Notes: generated by a model not told the origin, from the sequence alone. A stretch of 63,491 nt of DNA, filler included, from Sphacelaria rigidula (GCA_964200075.2; 5 parts of 5 records of this genome joined end to end with filler, not necessarily neighbours in it), one strand, 5' to 3'; numbered from the whole stretch's first letter, positions 38,621-50,874 are shown. Numbers and translations are program-made.

Positions 38621-40477
38621 CTTCTTCTTTGGCTATTGCGTTTCTTCTTGCACCGATTTGAATCCTTGGCTGCCAGCTATGTACCCCAGATTTTTCATCA
38701 TTTGCCCATTTTCCCTTCAGGACAGTTTTAGTCAAATCTACCGCTCAGGTAGTCAGTAGCTCTCGAACTTCTGCCCCGCATGTCTCTCGGTAAAGTGTAT
38801 TCGTGCCCTGCTACTTGCAATTGCTGTGTGGTCAACGTGGGGTCAATGCGCATTGCTTGCAACTCTTGCCCTGCTGTCAATTTGACATCATCTGCACAAG
38901 GCCCAACGGTATCAGCTCCGCCTGCACGACTGTGAATCTTTTCGTGATTCACCAGCCCGGCACAACCACCGCACCAAGCCATCGTTGGCTCGTGTCTTTG
39001 GTCTTGTGGCCCCCCTTTCCTTCTGCAGAATAAGTATTCTACTACAGGTTTGTACAGAACACCAGTGCACAAAGGCGCACTCTTGTTCATAGCCAGTCGC
39101 TGTTCTTGAGCTGGGTCCTGCCAAGCTGGCACGCTGCTGCTCTTATTTTTCAGTATCGATTGTACGTGACTGATGTATATTTCCTTCACGAAGTTACTGA
39201 ACAAGTACAAACCATGTTCACACAGTGTGATAGCGGACATCTGCACACGAACTTTGGATTGTTCCGGCACTTTACCTTCGTTGCTCGTAGCGACCTTGTT
39301 GTTGTTGTAGCTTCAGCTTCGTTGCTCGTGGCTACTTTGTTCTTGTTGTCCTCTTGTGTACTTCGCACAGCCGTAAGGCAACGCGGTACATCACCGTGGT
39401 AAGTAACAATACACAGCATAACGTACTCTGAGTCCTTTCTCCTTTAACCCCTTCTCGAACGAACAAATTTATTGTTCCGAGACGGTTTCGTTGAAATGCT
39501 ACTAGTTGAACCATTTCAACCTCCGTTACGTGCTCATTTTAACAGACAGCACTCGAAATTGGTGCCCCTTGCCTGTGCACTGCAAATGTTTCCGCACCCG
39601 CTCCCAGCATTGCACCTGTTGTGCATCACATTACCTTTGTTCCACATACAAACGTTGTCTCAACTTCGTTGGATAACAAGCCTCCGCTCTGCACTACGCA
39701 GTCCGAGTTCACGGTCTACAACCCAAGCTTCGTAAAAGCTTTTGTGCTGCCTTACGCTGCACAGTTTTCGTGAGCATCAGAGAAGATATATACATATATA
39801 TATATAGTTATTTTCATCTGCACACCGCCAGTTGTTCCTCAACCTGTGCTGGGATCATACAGTTATAGTCTGCCCGTGACGCTACATCCGGAACACGTGT
39901 AGGTTGTTCTTCCACGTACCAACGCTGCTACAGACAATCGGGTCTTCGCTTGTCTTCGACGACATACATCTGTTCTGGGCACAACCCCGTGCTAGATATT
40001 ACCGCCACAACTTGAATAAAGTTGTATTAATCAGACCCTGGACATAGTTGTTACAAACCACAATTCGCTTGAATAAATTACTCGAGTAAATCAGGTCCCA
40101 CGGTCCCCTCAGGCGCTATTAGGCTTCAGTATCCAGCATTTTCCGGATCAAGCTTCGGCTTCTGCACGTAGCATCACTCGGTGTCACGCTCCTTTGATTA
40201 GAGCCGCAGATCAGACATACTGCACCTTCCTTTTTAAGCACAAAGGCTACGTACAAGTATCATATCGCACAAAAATAACGCTGGCTCTTCCCCTCAATTG
40301 GGAAACTAACCGCTTCGCCGTACCCGGAGTCAAACTACTGGCGGCTCGAAATCTTTCAAGATCAGCGGCACGCCGCCTTCAACACATCGCCGCACGTATG
40401 CGAGCGCTGTTCGTTCTTCGGGATCTGAAGACCAACATTCGAGCGAAGCTCATTCTTCAACACTTGAAGACCAGACT

Positions 40478-42800
40478 TTGACACCGAGACCTGTTCTATC
40501 ACGTTCCGACCCGGACTCAGAGAACATGGTAGTGCAACCGGCCGAGTCATTGGTTCCTGACGAACATGTCAGGGAGCCCATAACGGTGGATTCCGTCGCA
40601 CACCCCTCGCTGGCCCCTGCTCCCCCGAATCCCAATGTGGAATCCGGAGGTAGGATTGTGTCCTCAGTCGGGTCGTTGCCCCTGGACACACGTGTCCAAC
40701 TCGGCCCTATTACGGTTGCTTCAACCGTGGCAACCCGTCGCTTGACGGCTGACAACTCTCGAGACGATTCTGTCCCGACGAAGCGCATCGCTTCTGGCGC
40801 AAGAGACTTTGTCACACGACCTGCTTCCCTTACGGATCCCCTTCGCACGACTCTTGATAGTCCCACGCGCCCTACTGCGCAGTCCAATGTCGGACCTGCA
40901 GTTGCGGCCATGCATGTCGCCATGCAAACTCTGCACCGAACCTCCTCGGCGTCGTCGCCATCGCCAGCGCCAGCTCTCATCGAGGCATTTACGGCTTTTT
41001 GCCACGCCACGCTCCAAGACCGGTCGGCGTCTGCTCATGTGCAATTCAATGATGATTCTGCACCCCCACGCCCAAACCCGTACGTCTGGTGATCCGTTCG
41101 GCGACATCGCGTCCTCCGTTCGTCACTCTTGATAAATTCAACGAACATAAGTCCAGCCCTCCCTCAACGTCGCAGCAGAGCCATACTCGCAATTCTGACC
41201 GACGCCGCACACCGAGACTTGGTCATGACCATGGTTTCCGTTCTAGCAGTTTTGAAGGCCACTTCCAGCAAAGCTTGAATTCATGGCGCGCTTCCACACG
41301 CCCGAAGAATATCGCTCATGGACGCAAATATGAAGGCAGTTCACGCCATAGTTCCAATTCATCCCGCGCTCCTAAGCGCCCGGTGAATACTAACCATGGC
41401 CGTGCTCACGAGGATGTCTTGCGGCCCAGATCAAGTTCTTCGCGCGTTAACTCGCGCTTGACCAACTCCTATCATGCACCTTCGCGCATCTCTACTGCTC
41501 AGCCTTTGTCACACAACCGTTATGTACGCAATGATAGCACTGTATATGCCGACGATATCCAAAACATATTTTCGGACACGTCACCGGCTCCGGAATCCTC
41601 ACTTGCAGGCTCCGACCGCGAACCACCGTCCCGTTCCGACGCTGCGCTTATTCGTTCTCTGCAACAACGTTTGACAGATCTCGAACGGCAACTCGTGAGA
41701 GCAACTATGGACGCCCAACGCACTACCGCTACTGCCAGCCAGACCACTCGCGCTCCCGCAGCTACTGCTGCCACTACCGCGACTGCTACGCCTCCGGCCG
41801 TCCCTGCACCGGCTCATACAACCGCCATCGCTCCGCCAGCTATCGACACGGATGCCGATAGCGGCTCCACCACGGCCCCTGTGCGCCCTCCCCCATCCGT
41901 GGAGGTTCTCCCTCCGCTTGGCGATGAGCACTGCCCTACCGGCCTGCTCTTACGCCTGTTCACCAACAGGCCACGCGCAGAACGGCAACAACTGATCGCT
42001 AACTATTAGTCGCAGGAGCCTGCGCTGACGCAGGATATCCTCGGCAAACAACGCGACGCTGACGCCGCCGTTACCCGCCTCTTGCTGGAGGAGCACGCGA
42101 GTATCCTCAAGGACCTCCAGCGGCAGGCCTCCCTTGCTCAATCCACGATCACAGCGGCTCAACGAGCGCTCGACGAAGGCCTTACTGCGGCTACGGCAGC
42201 TCAAAGACGGGTTCGTCAACTCGAAGATCATATTCAGCGGACCGCCCAAGCAGCGGCTTCGTCGGCGGCCCGCCTAGCTGATCATCAAGCCGCTCCGCTT
42301 TCCACCGACAACTTGCTCAGGCCCCAACTACCGGCGTCTAACAGAGCGACGTATGTCATTCCTCGCAAGTCCAACAGAACGTTGCCTGCTGCGGCCGCTG
42401 CCGCCGCTACGACGCCTCCGACACCGCCGCGTCACGGAGTTGGCTCGGTGCCGCACACAGCTTCTTCGCCGAACTTGCGACTGGTGTCTCACGAACGAGA
42501 ATGGCTCTCTCGTCCTGTGTCAACCTATACCGGTCCCTTCGACCGGCGAAACCACCTGCACTACTCCCCAAGTGCATGGACGTTGATATCCCAACGTAGT
42601 TTTTACACGGTTGGGGTGTATGTCGAACAGAACGGCTTCCTCCCCAAGGCAGGCGTCTCGATGCTCACTTTGGGCCAACTAGTTTCGTAGACTACCGTTA
42701 GCGATCACCGGGACCACCACACTTACGTTCGAGCGATCGAGGAACGCTTTGCGGTGCTTCACGCTGCCTGCAACACTCACCCCGGCGCTACCCTCACATA
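40478..42800 (+). pseudogene. Gag-like ORF (Ser/Pro/Ala-rich with coiled-coil segments), disrupted
   Basis: Consecutive ORFs 40478-41092, 41089-42009 and 42082-42690, separated by one frameshift and single TAG codons, in the gag position. Confidence 0.6.
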
Positions 42801-45800
42801 ACCCTGATTTATCAACGGATGAACCGCGTCACTGTAGTCGGTAATAAACTTCCAATTCCCCGTATTGATGAAGTCTTCGACTCCTTGGGCGAAGGAAAAA
42901 ATATTCAGCACCTTCGACCTCGCTTCTGGATTTCTTCAGAATGCTATCACCCTAACACAGTCCCACTGACGGCTTTTCGTACCTCGTCCGGACTTTATGA
43001 GTGGCTTCGAATGCCACAAGGCGCCGCCACGGCCCCGGGATGCTTTTAACGCTTACTGCAACGCGTCACCGAGGGCCTCGAACACATCATCGTGTACTTG
43101 GACTACGCTATCGCTTTCGATGCCTCACCTATTGCACATGTACGCACTCTACGAGAATTTCTCTTTCGCCTACGCACGCACGATTTGAAACTGTCTCCAT
43201 CCAAAGCTCGCCTTGGCGCGACTGGCTTGAATTTCTTGGGGCATTCCGATGCCAACTAACATTTCTTACCTTCGCTCATTGTTGGGTGGGCTATCCTACT
43301 ACCGCAAAAGTTTGCCGAATTTATCGAAACGGATTCGCCCCCTTACTGAGCTACTTAAGAAAGGAGCCTTGTTTTCTTTCACCACAGAAATGGAGAATAT
43401 CACCCACGAATTATTCAGGACGCTTACCGAAAAGCCCTTACTTTGCTTTCCTGATTGGGAGGCAGTATAAGATGGCTTCCGCCTTTTCCAACTTTATACT
43501 GACGCCAGCACAAATGGTTTTCGAGGAGTTTAGAATCAACCTCAGGTTGATGGCTCTGTCCGACCCATCCTTTACATCAGCCGCGCTACCCTACCCAACG
43601 AGGCCAATTGGAGCCCGCTAGAACTGGGAGGCGGAGTAAGCACTGGGGCCATTAAGCGCCTTCGACAATATCTGTTTCACGTGCCCTTCGGGATCTATAC
43701 GGATCACGGAGCACTTGAACAACACGCCAAGGTTGTTGAACACAACCCTCGTGTACAACGATTGTTGGAGTTTCTAACAGCATACCAGTATACCATTAAG
43801 CACCGTCCAGACATATCCAACGGGAACGCGCATCTTCTTTCCCGCCTACCTTTGCTGCCTACGGCCGCAGATTTCAGCCCGGCTTGCCGTTTAACAGAAC
43901 CCGATGAACCCGGGATTTACGCGACCAGACGTTTTTTAACGCCCGTTTACGCCCTCCACCTCCAGGGCCCGGAAATTGGTATGTATGGGAGGACCTCGCC
44001 CTCTATCATATGACCCCGTCTTGAGTAGGTCAAAGCCCACTACCTCCGATTTTGTCGATTTTCGCACTTTCGGTACTCGCGCGACACTCTTCGCGGAGAC
44101 ACCTCCAGTCACCCACCTTATCTCCGACAACACGCGCTCCCGGTCCGCACCACACCGAGTGCCCCGCCGCCACCAACAACACCTTCAACCTCTATGAGCC
44201 ACCCAGCACACGTTCCATGGACCAACACGCAAAGCTCCGCAAACACTTCTGCACCGTGCGCCACGCGCCGCGAACAATCTTCGCCGCGCACTGACACAAC
44301 CCCGCCGTCCATAATGGCGCCGCAAACATCTCCTGCCCCCGAGCACGGATCTGACGACTCGTCTCCAGCTTCCGGAACAGAAATTGACGTCGGCATTTCT
44401 GCCCCGTCGCCTATTCCCCCGCCGCCTGACCTACCATGTTTGGTCGGCTCGCCAGCGGAAGGTCAACTACGCGAGTTTCTCGCCAGCTACTCCCACCACG
44501 ATTAGGCTCGCGAACAGAACGCAGAACCGCTATGTCGCGCAGCCATCCGGTACTTACAACTTGACTGCCCAGTCCCTTTTCCGTCCACACTTCTGGCCCC
44601 GGTTGGAACACTGCCACCACCAGTTATTTCTGACGTATACGAGCATGTGCGTAAAGGCATCCTTTGCACTACGGATGAAGGCGTGCAACTACTCGTACGT
44701 CGGCCCACGCCCTTGACAGGCGCAATTGCTGCCTTATCTACGGGACGCACCGCACGACTACTCAATGACGAACCAACGCGCATATATGTGCCATAATTAG
44801 TGCGTCCCTGGGTCATGAACGGCTGTCACACACACTTATCACGTCACCTTGGCGTCACCCGCACCCTCGCGCTCTTGGAACGCTTCTACAGGTGGGCTGG
44901 CATGGAAATTTCAACCCGCTTCTGGATTCGGCGATGCTTTAAATGCCATCCCCGAAAAACTTCACGACAGATAGTACGCTGGCCCGTGATCTCTATGGGA
45001 CTCCCCGACGAGCCCGACCACCTTGTGTTCTTTGACTACTTCGGCCCTCTACCTACCACAGGTCGCGGTAACACCTACATCTTACTCTTCACTGACCGCT
45101 TGAGCCGCCACGCGTCCATGTACGCGGAAACCGCCGCAGATTTCACTGCCGCCGGAACGGCTGACATACTGGTCCATGATTACATTAAGCACTACGGTTG
45201 CGCAAAGCGATTACTTTCAGACAATGGTCAGCAATTTTGTTCAGACCTCTCTGATGAGTTTTACAAGCTCCTGGGCATACGTAAAATTGCCACGAGCGCC
45301 TACCACCTGAACGGTAACGGTTGTACCGAAAGAGTCAATCACACCATGGCCCAGATGCTCTCTATGGTTGTCAATTAGGGCCAAAATGACTGGGACCTAC
45401 ATCTCCCGCACATCATGTTGTCCTACAACAACTCGGTTAATGCCGCCACAGGCGTTTCTCCGAACAAACTCCATCTTGGACGTTACCCTCGGCTGCCTAT
45501 CACCGTGTTTGAGCGACACATGTTCGACGGCCACCAAGTATTAGATCAGGACCAGCTATCCTACAACGAGCTAGCGCACGCGCGACAACGCAAAGCGTTT
45601 ACCCTCGTGCGCGAACGACACGTTATCAATGCCTCGCGCCTAGGGAGATCTAACACTGCTCTCTACAACCTCATCCACAAACGCCCTAACTGGAAAGTTG
45701 GGGATTGGGTTTGGATCTACAACAGCTTGTCGATCATCCGCCAAGGCACCAGCAAGGCATCCAACGAAACAATTTTGAAGACAAAATTGTCCCCCAATTG

Positions 45801-46213
45801 GACAGGGCCATTCAAGATCCTGACAGCCGGACCATCGTCATCATCACCGGATGAAAAACCCGTTGGTGACAAACTGCTCTATCTCGACTGTACCCTCCAA
45901 GACTTGTAAGACGAAGTTCTTTGCGAACCAGCGACTCCTACTCAAGGGCAGCTACCTTTGATTCAAAGGCAGCGACAACCTATGGTGATTGGGTCAGATC
46001 CACTCCGCTAACCTGGTTTCGGGCGACACATACATCGTGCGCTTCATCGATGACCCTGGACCCATACAGCTCAAGCTTCGGCCAGCACTATACACCACCA
46101 GCCCATCTGCACCACGCGGATCCTGGTGTCTCCAGCGCCTCAAGTCCAAAGGACTTCGCCACGGTCCCCAGCGCAACATCGACCACACCCACGACGTCCA
46201 CGCCCCGCTTTGA
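42800..46213 (+). pseudogene. pol: RT (5'-deleted), RNase H, integrase, C-terminal Tudor-like domain
   Basis: LPIPRIDEVFDSLG, TAFRTSSGLYEWLRMPQG, VYLDY, LYTDAS, IYTDHGAL, HHCC (H..SRHLGVTRT...CFKC), FDYFGPLP, LLSDNGQQF, GCTERVNHT, WTGPFKI; many premature stops. Confidence 0.92.
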
Positions 46214-46461
46214 ACCACGCTTCTTTGTCGCAACTGTTATCCCACCCCCATTTTTTCTCGCAAGCATTGTGTGCCCCCCCTTCTCCACCAGGATCCTCTT
46301 CGACTACACCACAACAGCGCGACCTTTATCGAACGACGATCAAGAACTACTGACACGACCGCTACCTACGACTACTGGAGCCATCGTATCCCCTTCATCT
46401 GGCGCTCGGTCTCGTTCGATCACCGATTTTCAGGTTTTGGATCTTGCAGTTCTTAGCACGT

Positions 46462-46626
46462 TTGGATTCCCCCAGGTTGAAGCTCTGCTCCCTGTTATAC
46501 CGTTGGATTCCCCCAGGTTGAAGCTCTGCTCCCTGTTGTACCTTTGGGGTTTCCCCAGGTTTAAGCTCTGCTCTCTGCCGTACCTTTGGATTCCCCCAGG
46601 TTGAAGCTCTGCTCCCTGCTGTACCT
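46462..46626. repeat. 41-bp tandem repeat x4 in the retrotransposon 3' UTR
   Basis: Unit ttggattcccccaggttgaagctctgctccctgttgtacct. Confidence 0.92.
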
Positions 46627-46931
46627 CCCTGTTTTCCCCCTTAACCTTTGCTAGGACATCGAAGCAATTTGTGCTTCTTCGTTGATCGCTCGCACGCCGA
46701 AGCACTTTGTGCTCTCGCGTTTCGAAGCAATCTTTTCTGCTCCTCGGAGCAGTGTATGCTTCCCTTCTTTTGAGGTGTAGGAGTGGGTACAGGATTGTTG
46801 GTACGGGAATGTTAGTTACGGGAGCGTTCCTTTAGGTATGCTTTAGTCACTCATGACTTTACGAGTGAAGAAAAACCTTAGTTTTCGCTGCTTTGAGGAT
46901 AAATCCTCGCAGCTGTAATAAAGCTTCGTCT

Positions 46932-46942
46932 GGGTGGGTTAG
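46932..46942 (+). promoter_or_regulatory. Polypurine tract (imperfect)
   Basis: GGGTGGGTTAG directly before the TG start of the 3' LTR. Confidence 0.55.
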
Positions 46943-47424
46943 TGTCATGAAGACGCATATTAGTCTGTTGATGCCGCTTCAGACCCGTTGTCGACTCTGG
47001 CCATGGCTCGCTTTTGTTTCGGTAGACAAGACTACAGGTCTGTTCAGAGTTGGTCGGATACGAATGTGAACCTGTATAATTACAGGGATGGCTCTGTCTT
47101 TGATCGTACTACACGATCAAAGTCCCTCCCCATCAACTACTATCAACTGCTCCTCTATTGCCCTCCAGCAAAAGAAGTCGAACTAGCGGTGAGACGCACT
47201 GGGTTGAATTGGACTAATTGAGTGGGTACTGGAGTTAGAATCAAGAGAATCAAGAGAGAAGTTAAGAGCCTATTGCGTGAGAACCCGTCTGATATTGTGT
47301 TGAGCTGTGTTCAGCAGTGTGCAGAGCTGTGCCAGCCTAACGATTGTCCGCTGGCCTTGTGAGCCTGTACCTTGGACTTCAACCTGTGTCCTTGCATTAT
47401 ACTGCCCCTTTGCTCTTTATTACA
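46943..47424 (+). repeat. 3' LTR (482 bp)
   Basis: TGTCAT...ATTACA termini; matches the 5' LTR. Confidence 0.93.
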
Positions 47425-47429
47425 GAACG

Positions 47430-48660
47430 TCGAGTGGGGGGCCACTCGGTTAGCAACGTCTGTGGGAGCGCCTCGACCTTCTCGCGGGATACAGAAACCC
47501 GCATAGTGTGCGAGTTAATGATCCGGCCCAACGCCTCTATCTCGGTATCCCAATCTGTACTCTTTGGGGGGCTAGATTAGGTGTTTCGCCTTCTTCTCCG
47601 TTGCCGAAGAGTCTGACGTGGTCGGATGCGAGGGACGCGGACGCGATTAAAGCGCTCGTGTCGTCATCGGAATGCTGTACGCGAATCTGCAGGTAGTCGT
47701 CTACGTACACTGACGTGAAGAAATTATCATATGAGCCTCCTGCTGGGTGTGGGGGGGTCGTAGAATCTTATGGAATTGGTGTGGGGTCCCCCGTTTCCCA
47801 CCTATCCACTATTTTCACGTGAGCTGTCATCTCCTTCCCTTCTGGCAGTAAAACCGCGTTGTCAATGTTCGTGTTGCAGTGGGCGTGTTCTGCCCCCGAT
47901 GCCAATACTCCCCAGAAACCTGGCGAGCCTGACCAGCCGAACGTGAGCCAAAAGTCACACACGACTAGGTTGTCCACAACGTAGCCGAATTGATGGGCGT
48001 GGTCTGGATGTTTCCTCACATTACGGAACGCATCCGATACATCGGCCTTTGCCATTAGTATGCGTTTTTTAGGGTACATTTTTCGCAACGAAATGAGCTC
48101 TTTGAGAAACTTCTGCAGCGCCTCTCCGCATAAACAGGCCGGCACGTCTTCAGGGTTTGTGCCACCGTTCAGTCCTCCTTTTCGTTTCCGAGTGCGTTGC
48201 GCGTCGAAAGACAAATCGTTGATTATGCGGACCTTGTGTGTTGTTACTGCTCCCAGGGGGGACAACCGCAGGTTCGGGATTTTTCGGGTGGCCGACTTTT
48301 CGACTATTAGACACTTCCCCCTGCGTACATCATCTCCCAGTTTTCCCCAAATATTTGGTAGTTGATCGTGGGCGCTACTGTGGTCGCCATACTGTAGTGC
48401 GCAGTCGAGGTTCTCTTGTGTGGGGGATGCAGTGACTGTCGCGCCGACGGGGACACCCGTGGCTACGATAGTAACGAGTTCGTCTGTCTGCGGGAAACCC
48501 TTGTTCTCCCCGAAATACTTCCTGATCTCGTGCGGGTCTACCGGCGGCGTGACTAGCGGTCCCCCGATAGACCTCGCGACATCCCCAATGCGTCCACCGT
48601 GTTTTTCTGTGATGCGCGTGCAGATATTTGCAAGTCTGTACAGTATGCCTTCCTTTTTCT
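47430..48660 (-). pseudogene. DIRS/Ngaro-type reverse transcriptase
   Basis: ORF 47768-48265 plus an in-frame upstream extension (GVPVG...NIWGKLGDDVRRGKCLIV) and downstream VYVDD at about 47697-47711. Confidence 0.85.
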
Positions 48661-48721
48661 TGGCTGACCACCGTTAGGAGGCGGCACCGCCGCCGACCCG
48701 CTAGACTGAAAACCAACAAAC

Positions 48722-49132
48722 AGAGGATTCAATAAAATGAGGTTCATCAATGAAATGAGGTTCGAGCTCAATATAGTACTTTCTCCACGCTTTGAGCGAT
48801 GGTGCCCAACGCCTTTCTTGTCGGCTTAATGCCCCTCGATCGCGTCGATACTTTTCCAGCGCATTTTACCGACTCTGTGAGCTTACAGCGCTGTCCTAAA
48901 CCGCCATTTCTACTTATTTTTTAGCGGGGGGTGATATCAGGGAAAACAGCAGTTTCGGTCAGCGCTGTAAGCTCACAGAGTCGGTAAAATGCGCTGAAAA
49001 AGTATTTACGCGATCGAGGGGCATTAGGCCGACAAAAACGTCATCGGGCACCATCGCTGAAAGTGTGGCGAAAGTACTGTTTGGGGCTCGAACCTCATTT
49101 CATTGATGAATCTCATTTTATAGAATCCTCTC
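48722..49132. mobile_element. Long-TIR foldback MITE (possibly Sola3-like)
   Basis: Inverted arms of about 175 bp (cagcgcattttaccgactctgtgagcttacagcgctg / cagcgctgtaagctcacagagtcggtaaaatgcgctg); right end ...CCTCTC|TTAA. Confidence 0.88.
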
Positions 49133-49199
49133 TTAACACATACTGTACTTGTTTTCTGTCTGACACCGGACGCGGAACTACCGGCTCCGTGATCCGTTG

Positions 49200-49742
49200 A
49201 GGGATTAGTAGCGGGGTAACTGGCCCCTGGTTCGCGGGGAGGGTAACTGGCCGTGTGCTCACTGAGGTGGCAACTGATCCTACCATCACTGATGTAATAC
49301 CTGTCGTCGTGTTCACTGGAGGGGTAACTGGCCCCATAGTCAGAAATGAGGCAACCGGCCACTTGTTCACTACTGGGGTAACTGGCCCCACGGTCACTAC
49401 TGGGGTAACTGGCCCCACGGTCGATACTGGGGTAACTGGCCCCATGATCACTTAAGGGATAACTGTCCCCATGGTCACTACTGGGGTAACTGCCCCCATG
49501 ATCACTTAAGGGGTGACTGGCCCCACTGTCACTGGAGGGGTAACTGGCCCCATGATCACTTAAGGGGCAACTGGCCCCATTATCGCTGAAGGGGTAACTG
49601 GCCCCACGGTCACTGAAGGGGTAATTGGCCCCGTGTTCACTGAAGGGGTAACTGGCTCCACGGTCACTGAAGGGGTAACTGGCTCCACGGTCACTGAAGG
49701 GGTAACTGGCCCCACGTTTATGAGTGGCGTAACTGGTCCCTG
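49200..49742 (-). repeat. Coding 27-bp tandem repeat, about 20 units (nonapeptide xGASYPxSD)
   Basis: ggggtaactggcccc recurs every 27 nt; the frame is open throughout in ORF 49024-50115. Confidence 0.93.
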
Positions 49743-50148
49743 CAGCATGCAAAACCGGCGTGGCTTGTTCTAATGTACCAGGGGTTACTGTTGTCGGCGG
49801 CGCTACGCCGATCGCCTGTGAGAGCGACACTAAATGGGTTTTTGCTTTCTGGTGGGTGACGCGGTCGTGTCCTGAGTGAACTGACGTTACAAACTGCCGA
49901 GGGTACACTGATGCCCCGTTTCCTTCGTAACCCTGATTCCCCATATGTTCACAACCCCAGTCGCAAGGCACCGCTACCTCTGTCTGCTCTCTACATCTCT
50001 CACCATGAAACACGGTCGCTGGGACCAACCCAGGTGAAGGTGCCCCGATACGCCCCACGGACCTAGAGGCGTCCGCAAACATCGTGTTTACGTCGCTACT
50101 CGCTTCTCCTGTCAATGTCGGCCCTGCCGGTGGGCAGAGCCCGCGCCC

Positions 50149-50745
50149 TCATCCGCTCCCGCTTTCTCTCCCGCCAGCGGCGCTATCCCCCCTTCCCCCG
50201 CCGCGCCCTCCGTAGCTGTGTGAAAACCGTTCTACCGGTGCCGGGGCGGGCGCCGATTGCTGGTGCTGGTGAGCAGGCAGTTGTTGCACTTGAGCTGGTG
50301 CCTGCTGTGCCGGGGTTGCCGGAGGCTGCGGGGGCGGGGTCGGTGGTGGTGTCTGGACCGGCGCCGGCGGGGACGGAATATCATGAGAAAACTTGCAGTT
50401 GTTGCGCGTGCACGGTATGATTTGCCAGTGGTGAACGCAAACATCCTTTGGAGTCTGCCACTGGACGTTCCGCTGCACGAAGGTCGACGGGGGCCCCGCC
50501 GGCGTGGTGATCCTCGAAGATGGGGGAGCTGGGGGGCCTGACTGCGACGTCGCTTTCCATTTTTTGTTTGGGTTTGCCTCGCCGACCGGCCAGAAAGCGG
50601 ACTTCTCGACGAAGCAGTTGGGCCCGTCCTCGGTGACGAGGGCTTTTAGTTTAGTGAAAGCCGGCGCCGCTACCGGCTCCTCCGTCGTCAACGGCGGAAC
50701 TACGGCCGGGTATGTCCTCCGGAGCTCTTGTGCCTGAAGTGCCAC
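50149..50745 (-). CDS. Gag-like ORF with CCCH zinc finger and Pro/Gln-rich, RGG-containing tail
   Basis: CVHHWQIIPCTRNNCKFSH (C-x8-C-x4-C-x3-H) and YGGRGGGRG; lies directly upstream of pol; 5' part cut by the contig end. Confidence 0.65.
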   Translation of the reverse strand: MALQAQELRRTYPAVVPPLTTEEPVAAPAFTKLKALVTEDGPNCFVEKSAFWPVGEANPNKKWKATSQSGPPAPPSSRITTPAGPPSTFVQRNVQWQTPKDVCVHHWQIIPCTRNNCKFSHDIPSPPAPVQTPPPTPPPQPPATPAQQAPAQVQQLPAHQHQQSAPAPAPVERFSHSYGGRGGGRGDSAAGGRESGSG

Positions 50746-50774
50746 GGGTCATCCTACGATAGGGGGGGAGGGGG

Positions 50775-50874
50775 NNNNNNNNNNNNNNNNNNNNNNNNNN
50801 NNNNNNNNNNNNNNNNNNTTAATTAATTAANNNNNNNNNNNNNNNNNNNNNNNNNNNNNNNNNNNNNNNNNNNN
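50775..50874. other. Artificial contig linker
   Basis: N44-TTAATTAATTAA-N44. Confidence 0.97.

Larger units (their letters stand above)
38158..47424 (+). mobile_element. Near full-length Ty3/Gypsy LTR retrotransposon (coding-defective)
   Basis: Paired LTRs, PBS, gag-like ORF pieces, RT-RH-IN and PPT in canonical order. Confidence 0.95.
47425..50774 (-). mobile_element. DIRS/Ngaro-like retroelement (gag and 5' part of pol), interrupted by the Gypsy element
   Basis: RT motifs ALQYGDHSSA, LSPLGAVTTHKVRIINDLSF, KADVSDAFRNVR, LTFGWSGSPGFW, VYVDD; the upstream overlapping ORF has a CCCH finger. The tyrosine recombinase is not in this contig. Confidence 0.82.

Noticed and set aside
38728..39270. 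180-aa antisense ORF in the Gypsy 5' UTR
   Set aside because: Non-ATG start and no recognisable motif; it cannot be told from a chance ORF without comparing copies.
49200..49742. CRISPR array
   Set aside because: It is a head-to-tail 27-bp coding repeat with no unique spacers.
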